NCBI GenBank assembly: GCA_963728425.1
Contig: CAVSKC010000007.1
Span: 3,895-67,894, forward strand
Direction of reading: 5' to 3'
DNA: 64,000 nucleotides
Origin: an uncultured Actinomycetota bacterium
Lineage (GTDB): Bacteria > Actinomycetota > Actinomycetes > JACCUZ01
Shown here piece after piece: positions 10,223 to 21,172 of this stretch (its first letter is position 1; each line of letters starts with the position of its first letter). Under the pieces are notes generated by a model. The model had not been told where the DNA came from. It did no database searches and was given only the letters and a program-made list of their open reading frames with translations. The translations under genes were made by a program, and so were the position numbers.

Positions 10223-12043
10223 GTGCTCGCACGGCTGCGGTCGCACGACACCGTCACCTTCTTCCGGGTGCTGTATCGCGCCTCGCCGCGGCTGGCCGTG
10301 GGCTGGTGGGCGCTGCTGCTGCTGCGCGGCGCGATGCCGGCGCTGCTGGCCGTGTCGACCGGCATCCTCGTCGGGGCGGTGCGCGACGGGTCACCGCTAG
10401 CAGGTCCGCTCACCTTCGTCAGCGTCGTGTTCGTGCTGGTGCAGGTGCTCACGCCCGTCCAGCAGGCGGTGAGTGCGATCCTCGGCGCCACCACCGCCGA
10501 CTGGCTGCACGACCGGCTGATGGTGGGCGCCGTCACCCCGCCAGGCATGGGGCACCTGGAGAGCAACGAGCTCGCCGAAGACCTCTCGATGGCTCGTGAC
10601 TTCGACCTGGGCATGAACGGCCCGCCCTTGGTGGTCGGGATGGACTTCATCGCGGGCGGCCTGGTCCTGCTCGTGTCCGGCGTGCTCTCCGCCGCCGTGC
10701 TGGTCGGCTTCGCCTGGTGGGCGCCGCTGGTCCTGCTGGTCGCGTGGGGAGCGACCCACCGGCTGCTCCGCGAGAGCGGGGTCTGGAAGGACCGCAACAC
10801 CGCTGAGGTGCGCGCCGAGCACCGGCACGCGGCCTACGCCTACGACCTCGCGGTCGAGCCCCCGGCCGCCAAGGAGCTGCGGCTGTTCGGGCTGGCCGGC
10901 TGGGTGATCGACCGGTTCACCACCCGGCGCACCCGGCTCTACGAGCTGCAGTGGGAGGCCACCCGGCTCCGGGAGCGACCGCTGGTCGGGGCGCTGCTGG
11001 TGGTCCTGGCGGGGAACGCGCTGGTGTTCTGGTCGCTGGCCGAGGCGGTGCTCGACGGGCGCGTCGGCCTCGGCGCTGCGACGACGTACCTCCAGGCCGC
11101 GGTCGGCGCCAGCGCGGTTGCCTTCGGCGGCCTGAGCTGGGCTCTGGACACCGCCGCGGCGCCGGCCGCGGCCACCCTGCGGCTGCCCGCCCAGATGGCG
11201 GCGGCCGGGGCGCTGGCGCCGGGCGCGAACCGACCGCACCGCCTGTACCGTCCGGGGACTGCCGCGCCGGAGGTCCGGTTTCGGGACGTGACCTTCGGCT
11301 ACGGGTCGGACCAGCCGTCGGTGCTGGCCGGCGTGGACCTGACCGTCCCGGCCGGCACCTCGATGGCGGTCGTCGGCGTGAACGGCGCCGGCAAGACCAC
11401 GATGGCCAAGCTGCTCTGCCGCCTCTACGACCCTCAGCAGGGCTCGATCGAGGTCGACGGCGTCGACATCCGGGACCTCGACCTGGCCGACTACCGGCAG
11501 ACGGTGACCGCGGTCTTCCAGGACTTCGTCCGCTACGAGCTGCCGCTGCGCGACAACGTCGCGCCGATGGGTGCCGACGACGCGGTGGTGACGGCGGCCC
11601 TGACCGCCGCCGGTGCGGAGGGGCTGGTGGGCCTCGACACCGTGTTGGCCCGCGGCTACCAGGACGGCACCGACCTCTCCGGCGGTCAGTGGCAACGGGT
11701 CGCGCTGGCCCGAGCGCTGGCCGCCGTACGGGAAGGCGCCCGGGTGGTGCTCCTCGACGAGCCCACCGCCGCCCTCGACGTCCGCGGCGAGGCGGAGATC
11801 TTCGACCGGATCCTCGCCGAAACCCGCGGCTGCACCACGATCCTGGTGTCGCACCGGTTCTCCACCGTCCGTAAGGCCGACCGCATCTGCGTGCTCGAGC
11901 ACGGCCGGGTGGTCGAGCTCGGCACCCACGCCGAGCTGATGGCGCTCGGCGGCCGCTACCGCACGATGTTCGAGCTGCAGGCCTCCAGGTTCACCGAGTA
12001 CGACGAGCTGGGGGAGGAGGTCGTCCATGAGTCGCTCGACTGA
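10223..12043 (+). CDS. ABC transporter, fused permease/ATP-binding protein (exporter type)
   Basis: Intact 606-aa ORF. It has an N-terminal 6-TM region, Walker A GVNGAGKTT, the signature LSGGQWQRVALAR and Walker [23 protein letters not shown] precedes the GTG start. Confidence 0.88.
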   Translation: MLARLRSHDTVTFFRVLYRASPRLAVGWWALLLLRGAMPALLAVSTGILVGAVRDGSPLAGPLTFVSVVFVLVQVLTPVQQAVSAILGATTADWLHDRLMVGAVTPPGMGHLESNELAEDLSMARDFDLGMNGPPLVVGMDFIAGGLVLLVSGVLSAAVLVGFAWWAPLVLLVAWGATHRLLRESGVWKDRNTAEVRAEHRHAAYAYDLAVEPPAAKELRLFGLAGWVIDRFTTRRTRLYELQWEATRLRERPLVGALLVVLAGNALVFWSLAEAVLDGRVGLGAATTYLQAAVGASAVAFGGLSWALDTAAAPAAATLRLPAQMAAAGALAPGANRPHRLYRPGTAAPEVRFRDVTFGYGSDQPSVLAGVDLTVPAGTSMAVVGVNGAGKTTMAKLLCRLYDPQQGSIEVDGVDIRDLDLADYRQTVTAVFQDFVRYELPLRDNVAPMGADDAVVTAALTAAGAEGLVGLDTVLARGYQDGTDLSGGQWQRVALARALAAVREGARVVLLDEPTAALDVRGEAEIFDRILAETRGCTTILVSHRFSTVRKADRICVLEHGRVVELGTHAELMALGGRYRTMFELQASRFTEYDELGEEVVHESLD

Positions 12044-13868
12044 GAGACGCAAGCAGAAGGAGAAGCGCGAGGACAAGGCGACCGACGCCGACCTGCCGCC
12101 GTCGCTGGAGTCGCTCTGGCGGATGGTCAAGCTGGCCTACGCCATCGAGCCGCGGCTGCTCGTCGCCTCGCTGGTGATGACCCTCGCGGTGGCGCTGCCG
12201 CAGTCGCTGGTCGGCTTATGGCTGGCACTGCTCGTCGACGGGGTGAACGACGGTGCCGAGACCCGGGTGCGCGTGGCCGCTCTCGGCCTGGCGCTGTCCG
12301 CGACGCTGCTGTGGTGGCTGCAGGTCGTGTTCGACCGGCTCAGTCGCCGGTTCCGCGACCGGGTCTCGATCGCGCTGGAGGCCCACGTCGCCGAGCTGCA
12401 CGCCACGGTCGCGACGATCGCCCACCAGGAGCGGCGCGAGCACATGGATCGGCTCGAGGTGCTGCGGCGGCACACCTTCGGCCTGGACCACCTCTTCATG
12501 TCGCTGTTCTCCACCCTGGGCTGGGTGCTCCGGCTGGCGATCGTCGAGGTGCTCCTGATGACCCAGGTGCACCCGGCGCTCGGGCTGCTGGTGCTGTTCG
12601 CCGTGCCGACCGTGGTGGCCGCGACCTGGCGGCCGGGGATCGAGCAGGCCGTGCGCCGGCGGGTGGCCCAGCACGAGCGCCGGGCCCGGCACCTGTTCGT
12701 CCTCGGGACCACCGCGCCACCGGGCAAGGAGCTGCGGGTGACCGGCAACGGCGCCGCCCTCGCCGAGCGGCGGCGGGCGGAGTGGCGGACCCTCTACCGG
12801 CCGATGGCCCGGGCGAAGTGGGGGACGGCACTGTGGAGCAGCCTCGCCTGGGCGGTCTTCGGGCTGGGGTACGTCGGGGCGGTCGTCTTCACGGCCAGCA
12901 TCATCGACGCCTCGGCGGGTGATGTCGTGCTCGTGCTCGTGGTCGGCAGCCAGCTGTCCCAGTTCGTCGGTGCTGCGGTCGGCGAGCTCGGGTTCCTGCG
13001 CACGATCTGGCTGGACATCTCGCGCCGGCTGATCTGGCTCGAGGACTACGCCGCGGCGGTCGACGCCCGGTCCGACGGCACGCCGCCGACCCGGCTGGCC
13101 ACCGGCATCCACCTCGAGCACGTCTCGTTCCGCTACCCGGGGTCGGACCGGCTGGTCCTCGACGACGTCACCCTCGACCTGCCGGCCGGGTCGGTCGTCG
13201 CCGTGGTCGGCGACAACGGCGCCGGCAAGACGACGCTGGTCAAGCTGCTGGCCCGGCTCTACGACCCCGACGGCGGCCGGATCGAGGTCGACGGCGTCGA
13301 CCTCGCCTCGATGTCGGTGCCCGAGTGGCGCGCCCGGCTGGCCGGCGCGTTCCAGGACTTCTTCCGGTTCGAGCTGCGGGCGCTGGACGGCGTCGGGCTG
13401 GGTGACCTCGACCGGCTCGGCGACCGGGCGGCCGCGGCGACCGCCATCGGCCGGGCCGGGGCAGGCGACGTGGTCGACCGGCTCCCGGCCGGGCTGGACA
13501 CCCAGCTCGGGCCGTCCTGGGACGACGGCATCGAGGTGTCCTTCGGCCAGTGGCAGAAGCTCGCGCTGGCCCGCGGCTTCATGCGCGACGAGCCGCTGCT
13601 GCTGGTGCTGGACGAGCCCACCGCCGCCCTGGACGCGGAGACCGAGCATGCGCTGTTCGAGCGGTTCGCCGCGGCGGCTCGTGAGGAGGTGACCAACGGA
13701 CGGGTCACGGTGCTCGTGTCGCACCGGTTCTCGACGGTCCGGATGGCCGACCTGATCGCGGTGCTGGACGGCGCCCGGCTGGTCGAGGTGGGCACGCACG
13801 CCGACCTGATGGCTCTGGGCGGGCGCTACGCCGAGCTCTACGGCATCCAGGCCACCGCGTTCCGGTGA
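12027..13868 (+). CDS. ABC transporter, fused permease/ATP-binding protein (partner half-transporter)
   Basis: Intact 613-aa ORF that overlaps the upstream gene by 17 nt. Walker A is GDNGAGKTT, Walker B is [12 protein letters not shown], and the signature is degenerate ([12 protein letters not shown]). A heterodimer with a degenerate site is plausible. Confidence 0.85.
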   Translation: MSRSTERRKQKEKREDKATDADLPPSLESLWRMVKLAYAIEPRLLVASLVMTLAVALPQSLVGLWLALLVDGVNDGAETRVRVAALGLALSATLLWWLQVVFDRLSRRFRDRVSIALEAHVAELHATVATIAHQERREHMDRLEVLRRHTFGLDHLFMSLFSTLGWVLRLAIVEVLLMTQVHPALGLLVLFAVPTVVAATWRPGIEQAVRRRVAQHERRARHLFVLGTTAPPGKELRVTGNGAALAERRRAEWRTLYRPMARAKWGTALWSSLAWAVFGLGYVGAVVFTASIIDASAGDVVLVLVVGSQLSQFVGAAVGELGFLRTIWLDISRRLIWLEDYAAAVDARSDGTPPTRLATGIHLEHVSFRYPGSDRLVLDDVTLDLPAGSVVAVVGDNGAGKTTLVKLLARLYDPDGGRIEVDGVDLASMSVPEWRARLAGAFQDFFRFELRALDGVGLGDLDRLGDRAAAATAIGRAGAGDVVDRLPAGLDTQLGPSWDDGIEVSFGQWQKLALARGFMRDEPLLLVLDEPTAALDAETEHALFERFAAAAREEVTNGRVTVLVSHRFSTVRMADLIAVLDGARLVEVGTHADLMALGGRYAELYGIQATAFR

Positions 13869-13938
13869 AACCGGGTCGGCCAGCCGGCGTACGTCTCGTT
13901 ATCCTCGGGGCCCTGCAACCCCGACGATCGGAAACCCT

Positions 13939-15720
13939 GTGCTGCTGCGGATGTCGACGCTGTTCCTGCGCACCCTCCGCGAGGACCCGGCCGACGCCGA
14001 GGTGCCGAGCCACCGGCTGCTGGTCCGGGCCGGCTACATCCGCCGGACGTCGCCCGGCGGCTACACCTACCTGCCGCTGGGGTGGCGGGTGCTGCGCAAG
14101 ATCGAGGCGATCATCCGGGACGAGATGGACGCGATGGGCGCGCAGGAGGTGCACTTCCCGGCGCTGCTGCCCAAGGAGCCGTACGACAAGAGCAACCGAT
14201 GGACCGACTACGGCGACGACGTGTTCCGGCTCCAGGACCGTAAGGGCGCCGACTACATGCTCGGTCCGACCCACGAGGAGTTCTTCACCCTGCTGGTGAA
14301 GGACCTCTACTCGTCCTACAAGGACCTGCCGCTGTGGATCTACCAGATCCAGACCAAGTTCCGGGACGAGCAGCGGCCTCGGGCCGGCCTGCTGCGTGGC
14401 CGCGAGTTCGTGATGAAGGACTCCTACTCCTTCGATACCGACGACGCCGGCCTGGACCGCTCGTACGCCGCGCACCGCGAGGCCTACGTGCGCATCTTCG
14501 ACCGACTCGGGCTCGACTACGTGATCGTGTCGGCGCTGTCCGGGGCGATGGGCGGCTCGAAGAGCGAGGAGTTCCTCACGCCCGCCGAGGTCGGCGAGGA
14601 CACCTACGTGCGGTGCACCACGTGCGACTACGCCGCCAACGTCGAGGCCCTGCGCACGCTGGTGCCACCGGCAATCCCGTACGACACCGTCGAGGGGACG
14701 CCCGCCGCGCACGTCGAGGACACGCCTGACACACCCACCATCGAGACCCTGGTCGGGCTGGCCAATGCGCGCGCGGACCTGCGTCGCGACGACCGCGAGT
14801 GGGACGCGGCGGACACGCTGAAGAACGTGGTGGTCAAGCTGCGGCAGCCGGACGGCAAGACCGAGCTGCTGGCGATCGGCCTGCCGGGGGACCGCGAGGT
14901 CGACCAGAAGCGGCTCGAGGCGGTGGTGCTGCCGGCGACCGTCGAGCCGTTCACCGACGAGGACTTCGCGGCCAACCCGGGGCTGGTCCGGGGCTACATC
15001 GGGCCGGCTGCACTGGGGGCCGACAAGCCCGCGGGCGTGCGCTTCCTGCTCGATCCGAGGGTGGTCGAGGGGACCCGCTGGATCACGGGGGCGAACGAGC
15101 CCGGCCGGCACGTCTTCGACCTCGTCGCAGGTCGCGACTTCACCGGGGACGGAACGATCGAGGCCGCCTCGGTGCGGGAGGGCGATCCCTGTCCGAACGA
15201 CGACGGCGGCACGCTGGTCACCGCGCGGGGCATCGAGATGGGCCACATCTTCCAGCTCGGCCGCAAGTACGCCGAGGCGTTCGACCTCAAGGTCCTCGAC
15301 GAGCACGGCAAGCAGCAGGTGGTGACGATGGGGTCCTACGGCATCGGGCCGTCCCGGGCGATCGCCGCGATCGCCGAGGCGACCCTCGACGACATCGGGC
15401 TCTGCTGGCCGCGCGCCGTGGCTCCCGTCGACGTGCACCTGGTGGCCACCGGCAAGGACGACACGGTGTTCGACGCGGCCCAGTCGCTGGCCGACGACCT
15501 GGTCGCACAGGGGCTCGACGTCCTGTACGACGACCGCCGCGGTGTCTCGCCGGGCGTGAAGTTCAAGGACGCCGAGCTGCTCGGGATGCCGACGGTCGTG
15601 GTGGTCGGCCGCAGCCTGGCCGACGGCACCATCGAGGTGCGCGACCGGCGTACCGGCGAGCGGGAGGACGTCCCGGTCGCCGAGGCGGCGGCGACGGTCG
15701 TGGCCGCCGTCCGCTCGTGA
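13939..15720 (+). CDS. proS: proline--tRNA ligase
   Basis: Intact 593-aa ORF, (V)[35 protein letters not shown]...[32 protein letters not shown]... It is a bacterial-type ProRS with an editing insertion. Confidence 0.93.
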   Translation: MLLRMSTLFLRTLREDPADAEVPSHRLLVRAGYIRRTSPGGYTYLPLGWRVLRKIEAIIRDEMDAMGAQEVHFPALLPKEPYDKSNRWTDYGDDVFRLQDRKGADYMLGPTHEEFFTLLVKDLYSSYKDLPLWIYQIQTKFRDEQRPRAGLLRGREFVMKDSYSFDTDDAGLDRSYAAHREAYVRIFDRLGLDYVIVSALSGAMGGSKSEEFLTPAEVGEDTYVRCTTCDYAANVEALRTLVPPAIPYDTVEGTPAAHVEDTPDTPTIETLVGLANARADLRRDDREWDAADTLKNVVVKLRQPDGKTELLAIGLPGDREVDQKRLEAVVLPATVEPFTDEDFAANPGLVRGYIGPAALGADKPAGVRFLLDPRVVEGTRWITGANEPGRHVFDLVAGRDFTGDGTIEAASVREGDPCPNDDGGTLVTARGIEMGHIFQLGRKYAEAFDLKVLDEHGKQQVVTMGSYGIGPSRAIAAIAEATLDDIGLCWPRAVAPVDVHLVATGKDDTVFDAAQSLADDLVAQGLDVLYDDRRGVSPGVKFKDAELLGMPTVVVVGRSLADGTIEVRDRRTGEREDVPVAEAAATVVAAVRS

Positions 15721-16433
15721 GCGCGGGCACCGTCGAGGCCGTCGTCTTCGACTGGGGCGGCACGCTGACACCGTGGCACCCCATCGACCTGCGCGAGCAG
15801 TGGCTGCGCTACGCCGAGGTCTACGACCCCGAGCACGCCGACGAGCTGTCGGCCCGCATCCTCTCGGCCGAGGACGACGCGTGGCGGGCCGGTCGTGAGC
15901 ACCACCGGTCGGCGACCCTCGACGAGATCTTCCGCGGTGTGGGCGTCGAGCCCACGGGCGACCCGCACGACCGGGCCCTGGCTGCCTACCACGCGTTCTG
16001 GGAGCCGCACACCTACACCGACCCCGACGTGCCGGACCTGCTGGCCGGGCTGCGCGAGCGCGGCATCAAGGTCGGCGTGCTGTCCAACACGCTGTGGACC
16101 CGGGAGTTCCACGAACAGGTCTTCCGTCGCGACGGTGTGCTGCAGCTGATCGACGGGGCCGTGTACTCCAGCGAGATCCCGTGGACGAAGCCGCACCCGG
16201 AGGCGTTCCGCGCCGCGCTGGCTGCCGTGGACGTCGAGCAGCCGGACCGCGCGGTGTTCGTCGGCGACCGGCCGTTCGACGACATCCACGGGGCGAAGCA
16301 GGTGGGCATGCGCGCCGTGCTGGTGCCGCACAGCACGATCCCTGACTCGCAGAAGGGGCACGTCGAGGGCGACCCCGACGCGGTGGTCGAGCGGCTCGCC
16401 GACCTCCTGGCCGTGGTCGACGGCTGGCGCTGA
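15717..16433 (+). CDS. HAD family hydrolase
   Basis: The GTG at 15717 overlaps the proS stop (GTGA). The protein reads [20 protein letters not shown] (a DxG/DxD-type motif I) ...VGVLSNT...[21 protein letters not shown] (motifs III/IV). Confidence 0.8.
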   Translation: MSAGTVEAVVFDWGGTLTPWHPIDLREQWLRYAEVYDPEHADELSARILSAEDDAWRAGREHHRSATLDEIFRGVGVEPTGDPHDRALAAYHAFWEPHTYTDPDVPDLLAGLRERGIKVGVLSNTLWTREFHEQVFRRDGVLQLIDGAVYSSEIPWTKPHPEAFRAALAAVDVEQPDRAVFVGDRPFDDIHGAKQVGMRAVLVPHSTIPDSQKGHVEGDPDAVVERLADLLAVVDGWR

Positions 16434-16439
16434 CGAACC

Positions 16440-17213
16440 GTGCCGGGTCTGGAGCAGGTGCTGCTGCTGTGCCTGGCCGCGCTCTTCGCCGGCTGGGTCG
16501 ATGCGGTCTCCGGCGGCGGCGGCCTGGTGCAGCTGCCGGCGCTGCTGCTGGTGCTGCCGGGCGCGTCGCCGGCGGCGGTGCTCGCCACCAACAAGCTGTC
16601 CTCGGTGTGCGGGACGGCGGCCTCGGCGCTGACCTACCAGCGACGGGTCCGGCCGGACCTGCGCACCGCTCTTCCGATGGCGGCGGTCGCCCTGGTCGGC
16701 GCCGCCGGCGGCGCCCTCTGCGCGTCGGCCCTGCCACGCAGCGTCTTCCGCCCGCTCGTGCTGGTGCTGCTCATCGCCGTGGCCGCCTGGACCATCGCCC
16801 GGCCGCGGATGGGCCTGGTCGAGCGGCTGCGCTTCACCGGCCACCGGCACCACCTGGTGGCCGCCTGCGCGGGGGCGGCGATCGGCTTCTACGACGGGAT
16901 CTTCGGTCCGGGCACCGGTGCCTTTCTCGTGGTCGCCCTGGTCGGGCTGCTCGGCTACGCGTTCCTGCCGGCGTCGGCCACCGCCCGGATCGTCAACCTG
17001 GCCACCAACATCGGTGCGCTGCTGGTGTTCATCCCGCAGGGGGCGCCGATGTGGCGGCTCGGGCTGGCGATGGGAGCCTGCAACGTGGCCGGCGGCTGGC
17101 TCGGAGCACACACCGCGATCAGCAGGGGGAGCGGCTTCGTCCGGGTGGTCTTCCTCGCCGTCGTCGTGGCGCTCATCCTGCGACTCGGCTACGACGTCCT
17201 GCGGTCTACCTGA
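16440..17213 (+). CDS. sulfite exporter TauE/SafE family membrane protein
   Basis: Intact 257-aa multi-TM ORF. ...LAALFAGWVDAVSGGGGLVQLPALLL... is typical of the TauE/SafE (DUF81) family. Confidence 0.8.
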   Translation: MPGLEQVLLLCLAALFAGWVDAVSGGGGLVQLPALLLVLPGASPAAVLATNKLSSVCGTAASALTYQRRVRPDLRTALPMAAVALVGAAGGALCASALPRSVFRPLVLVLLIAVAAWTIARPRMGLVERLRFTGHRHHLVAACAGAAIGFYDGIFGPGTGAFLVVALVGLLGYAFLPASATARIVNLATNIGALLVFIPQGAPMWRLGLAMGACNVAGGWLGAHTAISRGSGFVRVVFLAVVVALILRLGYDVLRST

Positions 17214-17811
17214 CGGTGTACGTCGGTGCGCGCAAGGCGCCGTCTACCTGGCCGGCGAAACGACGGTCGACGCCCTTCAGCTCGACCCACAGCGTGTCGC
17301 GGCTCAGCACCCCCCGCGTCCGGAACGCGTCGCCCGAGAAGGACATGACCAGAGCGGCGACGGTGAACAGCAGGACAAGGATGACGGCCCAGCCGTCGGA
17401 CAGCGACGCCGCGACGAACAGCATCGCGAACCAGACGACCCAGCTGGCCACGACCGCGGCCACGAACCGGCGGCGTTCTGATGTGCAGGTGGCGCACGCG
17501 GGGAGTTGCCCGCGCACCGTCGTGCGGATGGCTGCCATCACGATCGCCGCGATGAGCAGTGAGAACGGGATCAGCACGAACACCCAGAACGGGGTGCGGC
17601 TGTAGAACTTGCGCTTCGCCAGGCGCGTCGCGGCTGTCCCGTGGCGGGCGCAGAGCGGGGGCAGGTGACCACTTGCCACCCAGGGCACCGGTACCGCGAC
17701 GTCCATGTCACTCCCCGTGGTCCGCCGCAGCCGGAGTGCGGCATCCGGTCTGTCGGCCGCTCGGGGCACCGGCTTGAGCCCCCACCCCTTGAGCCCCGGC
17801 AAGGGAGGCAT
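17206..17811 (-). CDS. hypothetical membrane protein (start uncertain: 17811 or ATG 17706)
   Basis: ORF 17206..17811(-). There are two clear TM segments (FWVFVLIPFSLLIAAIVMAAI and FVAAVVASWVVWFAMLFVAASL...ILVLLFTVAALVM) and Cys pairs (PPLCARH, PACATC). GGGGAG precedes the internal ATG (MDVAVPVPW). No family was recognised. Confidence 0.5.
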   Translation of the reverse strand: MPPLPGLKGWGLKPVPRAADRPDAALRLRRTTGSDMDVAVPVPWVASGHLPPLCARHGTAATRLAKRKFYSRTPFWVFVLIPFSLLIAAIVMAAIRTTVRGQLPACATCTSERRRFVAAVVASWVVWFAMLFVAASLSDGWAVILVLLFTVAALVMSFSGDAFRTRGVLSRDTLWVELKGVDRRFAGQVDGALRAPTYTVR

Positions 17812-17841
17812 ATTTCCCGAAGCTCGCTGCAGCAGACTTTC

Positions 17842-17871
17842 TTGACAAACAAGGAACTAAACCGCTTTAGT
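17842..17871 (+). promoter_or_regulatory. candidate promoter (TTGACA-N18-TTTAGT) with an overlapping LacI-type palindromic operator
   Basis: TTGACA lies at 17842-17847. The imperfect 16-bp palindrome ACTAAACCGCTTTAGT lies at 17856-17871. The ATG at 17878 sits 6 nt after the -10-like hexamer and has no Shine-Dalgarno sequence. Confidence 0.4.
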
Positions 17872-17877
17872 ACACGA

Positions 17878-18936
17878 ATGGCCTCCCGCCGCCCCACCAT
17901 CTCCGACGTCGCCCGCAACGCGGGTGTGTCGAAGGGTGCGGTGTCGTTCGCGCTGAACGGCCGGCCCGGGGTCGCGTCCGAGACGCGGGACCGGATCCTC
18001 GCGGTGGCCGCCGAGCTGGGCTGGACGCCGAGCCACCGGGCCCGGGCCCTGGCCGCCTCCCGCGCGCTGGCGGTGGGGCTGGTGATCCGGCGCCCGGCCG
18101 AGACCCTCGGTGCCGACCCGTTCTTCCCGAGCTTCATCGCCGGAATCGAGTCGACGCTGTCGCCGCTGGGGCAGTCGCTGCTCCTGCAGGTCGTGCCCGA
18201 CCGCGAGCGCGAGCTCGCGGGCTACCGGGGACTGGCCGCCGACGGCCGCGTCGACGGTGTGTTCCTGACCGACCTGCGGGTCGACGACCCGCGTCCCGAC
18301 CTCCTGGCCGCGCTCGGCCTGCCCGCAGTGTGGATCGGTCCGTACTGCACCGACGAGAGCCACCCCTGCGTCGCCGTCGACGACCGGCCCGGCATCGTCG
18401 CCGCCGTCACCCACCTGGTGGAGCTCGGCCACCAGGTCATCGCCCACGTCGCCGGGCCGGACGAGTTCGTGCACGGTGTCTCCCGCCGGGAGGCCTGGGC
18501 CGGTGCGCTGAGCGCGGCGGGTCTCCCCGAGGGACCGTGCGTCCGCTCCGACTTCTCGGCCCAGGGCGGCGCGGATGCCACCAAGGCGCTGCTCGACCTG
18601 CCCGAGCCACCCACCGCGATCGTCTACGCGAACGACCTGATGGCGACCGCCGGCATGGCGGTGGCCGCGAGCCGCGGCCTCGACGTGCCGGGTGACCTGT
18701 CCATCACCGGGTTCGACGACACCGAGGTCAGCGCCCACCTCCAACCGGCGCTCACGACCGTCCGCACCGACGCCTACGCCTGGGGACAGGCGGCGGCAAA
18801 GCGCTTGATGGCCACCGTCGAGGGAAGGGGAGCGCCGAACGTCTCGCTCCCGCCGCCGTACCTCGTCGTCCGGGCCTCCACTGCACCCCCTCAGGAACAC
18901 CCCTTGCAGGTCCGCCACGAAACGGAGCACAGATGA
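17878..18936 (+). CDS. LacI family transcriptional regulator
   Basis: MASRRPTISDVARNAGVSKGAVSFALNGRPGVASETRDRILAVAAELGWTPSHRARAL is the LacI HTH. It is followed by a periplasmic-binding-protein-like sugar-binding core. Confidence 0.9.
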   Translation: MASRRPTISDVARNAGVSKGAVSFALNGRPGVASETRDRILAVAAELGWTPSHRARALAASRALAVGLVIRRPAETLGADPFFPSFIAGIESTLSPLGQSLLLQVVPDRERELAGYRGLAADGRVDGVFLTDLRVDDPRPDLLAALGLPAVWIGPYCTDESHPCVAVDDRPGIVAAVTHLVELGHQVIAHVAGPDEFVHGVSRREAWAGALSAAGLPEGPCVRSDFSAQGGADATKALLDLPEPPTAIVYANDLMATAGMAVAASRGLDVPGDLSITGFDDTEVSAHLQPALTTVRTDAYAWGQAAAKRLMATVEGRGAPNVSLPPPYLVVRASTAPPQEHPLQVRHETEHR

Positions 18937-20231
18937 ACCGCACGGCCGCCGCAGCAACCCTGCTCGCCCTCGCCCTCGGAGCCACAGCCTGCGGAGGTGA
19001 TAGTGGCGGCGGCTCCTCGTCGGGTGGTGGCGGTGACCTGGCCGTCAAGGGCCCGATCAAGATCTGGCTGTCGAACAACCCCGAGGAGCTCGCCTGGGGC
19101 AAGGCGATGGTCGCCGACTGGAACGCCAAGAACCCCAAGGAGAAGGTGACCGCCCAGGAGATCCCGGCCGGCAAGTCCTCCGAGGAGGTCATCGGCGCCG
19201 CCATCACCGCGGGCAACGCGCCCTGCCTGGTCTTCAACACCTCGCCTGCGGCCGTGCCGCAGTTCCAGAAGCAGGGCGGACTGGTGCCCCTGGACGACTT
19301 CTCCGGCGCCACGAAGTACATCGAGGACCGTACCGGCGCGACGGCCGACCAGTACAAGTCGCCGGACGGGAAGTTCTACCAGATGCCGTGGAAGTCCAAC
19401 CCGGTGATGATCTTCTACAACAAGGACCTGATGAAGAAGGCCGGCGTCGACCCGGAGAACCCGCCGCTCTCGACGTACGACGACTTCCTCGCCACCAGCG
19501 AGAAGATCGTGTCCAGCAAGGCCGCCCAGGCGGCCATCTGGCCCGCGCCCAGCAGCGAGTTCTTCCAGTCCTGGTTCGACTTCTACCCGCTCTACGCCGC
19601 CGAGTCCGGCGGCAAGCAGCTGGTCGAGGACGGCAAGGCCACCTTCGACGACGCGGCCGGCAAGTCCGTCATGGACTTCTGGGCCACGATGTACGCCAAG
19701 GGCTATGCGCCGAAGGAGAAGTACGCCGCCGACTCGTTCGCCGACAGCAAGGCCGCGATGGCGATCGTCGGCCCGTGGGCCATCGCGGTGTACGGCGACA
19801 AGGTGAAGTGGGGCGCCGTACCGGTGCCGACCTCTGCCGGCATGTCGGCGGAAGAGACGCACACCTTCTCGGACGCCAAGAACGTGGCGATCTACTCGGC
19901 CTGCAAGGCCAAGGGCACCGCGTGGAGCGTGCTGAAGTTCGCCACCAGCAAGACCCAGGACGGCTCGCTGCTCGACAAGACCGGCCAGATGCCGCTGCGC
20001 TCCGACCTCGAGACCGCCTTCCCGGCGTACTTCCAGGCCCACCCGGAGTACAAGGAGTTCGCGTCGTTCGCGTCCCGCACCGTCGAGGTTCCCAACGTCG
20101 ACAACTCGATCGAGATCTGGCAGAAGTTCCGCGACGAGTACAGCTCGTCGGTGATCTTCGCGAAGACCTCGGTGGACGACGGCCTGAGCACCGCGGCCAG
20201 CGAGATCGACAAGCTTGCCGGCCAGTCCTGA
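18933..20231 (+). CDS. sugar ABC transporter substrate-binding lipoprotein (solute-binding family 1)
   Basis: The ATG overlaps the LacI stop (ATGA). There is a signal peptide plus lipobox (LLALALGATAC) followed by a G/S-rich linker. The ORF is an intact 432 aa. Confidence 0.85.
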   Translation: MNRTAAAATLLALALGATACGGDSGGGSSSGGGGDLAVKGPIKIWLSNNPEELAWGKAMVADWNAKNPKEKVTAQEIPAGKSSEEVIGAAITAGNAPCLVFNTSPAAVPQFQKQGGLVPLDDFSGATKYIEDRTGATADQYKSPDGKFYQMPWKSNPVMIFYNKDLMKKAGVDPENPPLSTYDDFLATSEKIVSSKAAQAAIWPAPSSEFFQSWFDFYPLYAAESGGKQLVEDGKATFDDAAGKSVMDFWATMYAKGYAPKEKYAADSFADSKAAMAIVGPWAIAVYGDKVKWGAVPVPTSAGMSAEETHTFSDAKNVAIYSACKAKGTAWSVLKFATSKTQDGSLLDKTGQMPLRSDLETAFPAYFQAHPEYKEFASFASRTVEVPNVDNSIEIWQKFRDEYSSSVIFAKTSVDDGLSTAASEIDKLAGQS

Positions 20232-20244
20232 CCCGCCCACGGTC

Positions 20245-21171
20245 ATGACAACAGCTACCGTCCCGCGTCCTGCTGGCAAACCGCGCCGCAGCAGGCTGGC
20301 GACCGTCTTCGGTCGCCAGCCGCTGGGGATCGCCTTCGCGGCTCCGTACGCCATCTTCCTGGCGGCCGTGTTCGCCTACCCCCTGGGGCTGGCGGTCTGG
20401 ATCAGCTTCCACGACTACTTCTTCACCGCTCCGGGGGCGAGCGTGCCCCGCCCGTTCGTGGGCTTCGACAACTACACCGCCGTGCTCAGCGACCCCGACG
20501 TGCGCCGCTCGTTCTACAACGTGGCGATCTTCCTGGTCATCAACGTGCCGCTCACGGTGGTGCTGTCCCTGTTGCTGGCCAATGCCCTCAACGCCCCGAT
20601 CCGGGGGCGGACCTTCTTCCGGTCCAGCTTCTACGTGCCGTACATCACGGCAAGCGTGGCCTGCGTCGCGGTGTGGCTGTTCCTCTTCTCCGAGGGGGGC
20701 ATGGTCAACCAGGTCCTCGGCAAGCTCGCGCCCGATCCCTCATGGCTGGTCAACTCCACCCTGGCGATGCCGTTCATCGCCGTCTTCGTCACCTGGAAGC
20801 AGCTCGGGCTCTACATCCTGCTGTACCTGGCGGCGCTGCAGTCGGTGCCCAAGGAGCTCTACGAGTCGTCGTCGGTGGACGGGGCCAACCGCTGGCAGCA
20901 GCTGCGCAACGTCACCATCCCCGGGGTCCGGCCGGCGACGGCGCTGGTCGTGATCCTGGCGACCATCACCGGCGCCAACATGTTCACCGAGCCCTACCTG
21001 CTCACCAACGGCGGTGGCCCGGACGGCGCGTCGTCGTCACCGGTGCTCGTGATGTACCAGAAGGGCATCGAGCAGGGGAACCCGGACGTCGCGTCCGCGA
21101 TCGGGGTCATCCTCGTCGCTGTTGTCCTGGTGATCTCGCTGATCAACCGCCGGCTCCTGGAGAGGGACTGA
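20245..21171 (+). CDS. carbohydrate ABC transporter permease (MalF/UgpA-like)
   Basis: ORF 20215..21171. Multi-TM protein with an EAA-like loop, ...ALQSVPKELYESSSVDGANRWQQLRNVTIPGVRPA... Confidence 0.85.
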   Translation: MTTATVPRPAGKPRRSRLATVFGRQPLGIAFAAPYAIFLAAVFAYPLGLAVWISFHDYFFTAPGASVPRPFVGFDNYTAVLSDPDVRRSFYNVAIFLVINVPLTVVLSLLLANALNAPIRGRTFFRSSFYVPYITASVACVAVWLFLFSEGGMVNQVLGKLAPDPSWLVNSTLAMPFIAVFVTWKQLGLYILLYLAALQSVPKELYESSSVDGANRWQQLRNVTIPGVRPATALVVILATITGANMFTEPYLLTNGGGPDGASSSPVLVMYQKGIEQGNPDVASAIGVILVAVVLVISLINRRLLERD

Positions 21172-21172
21172 G

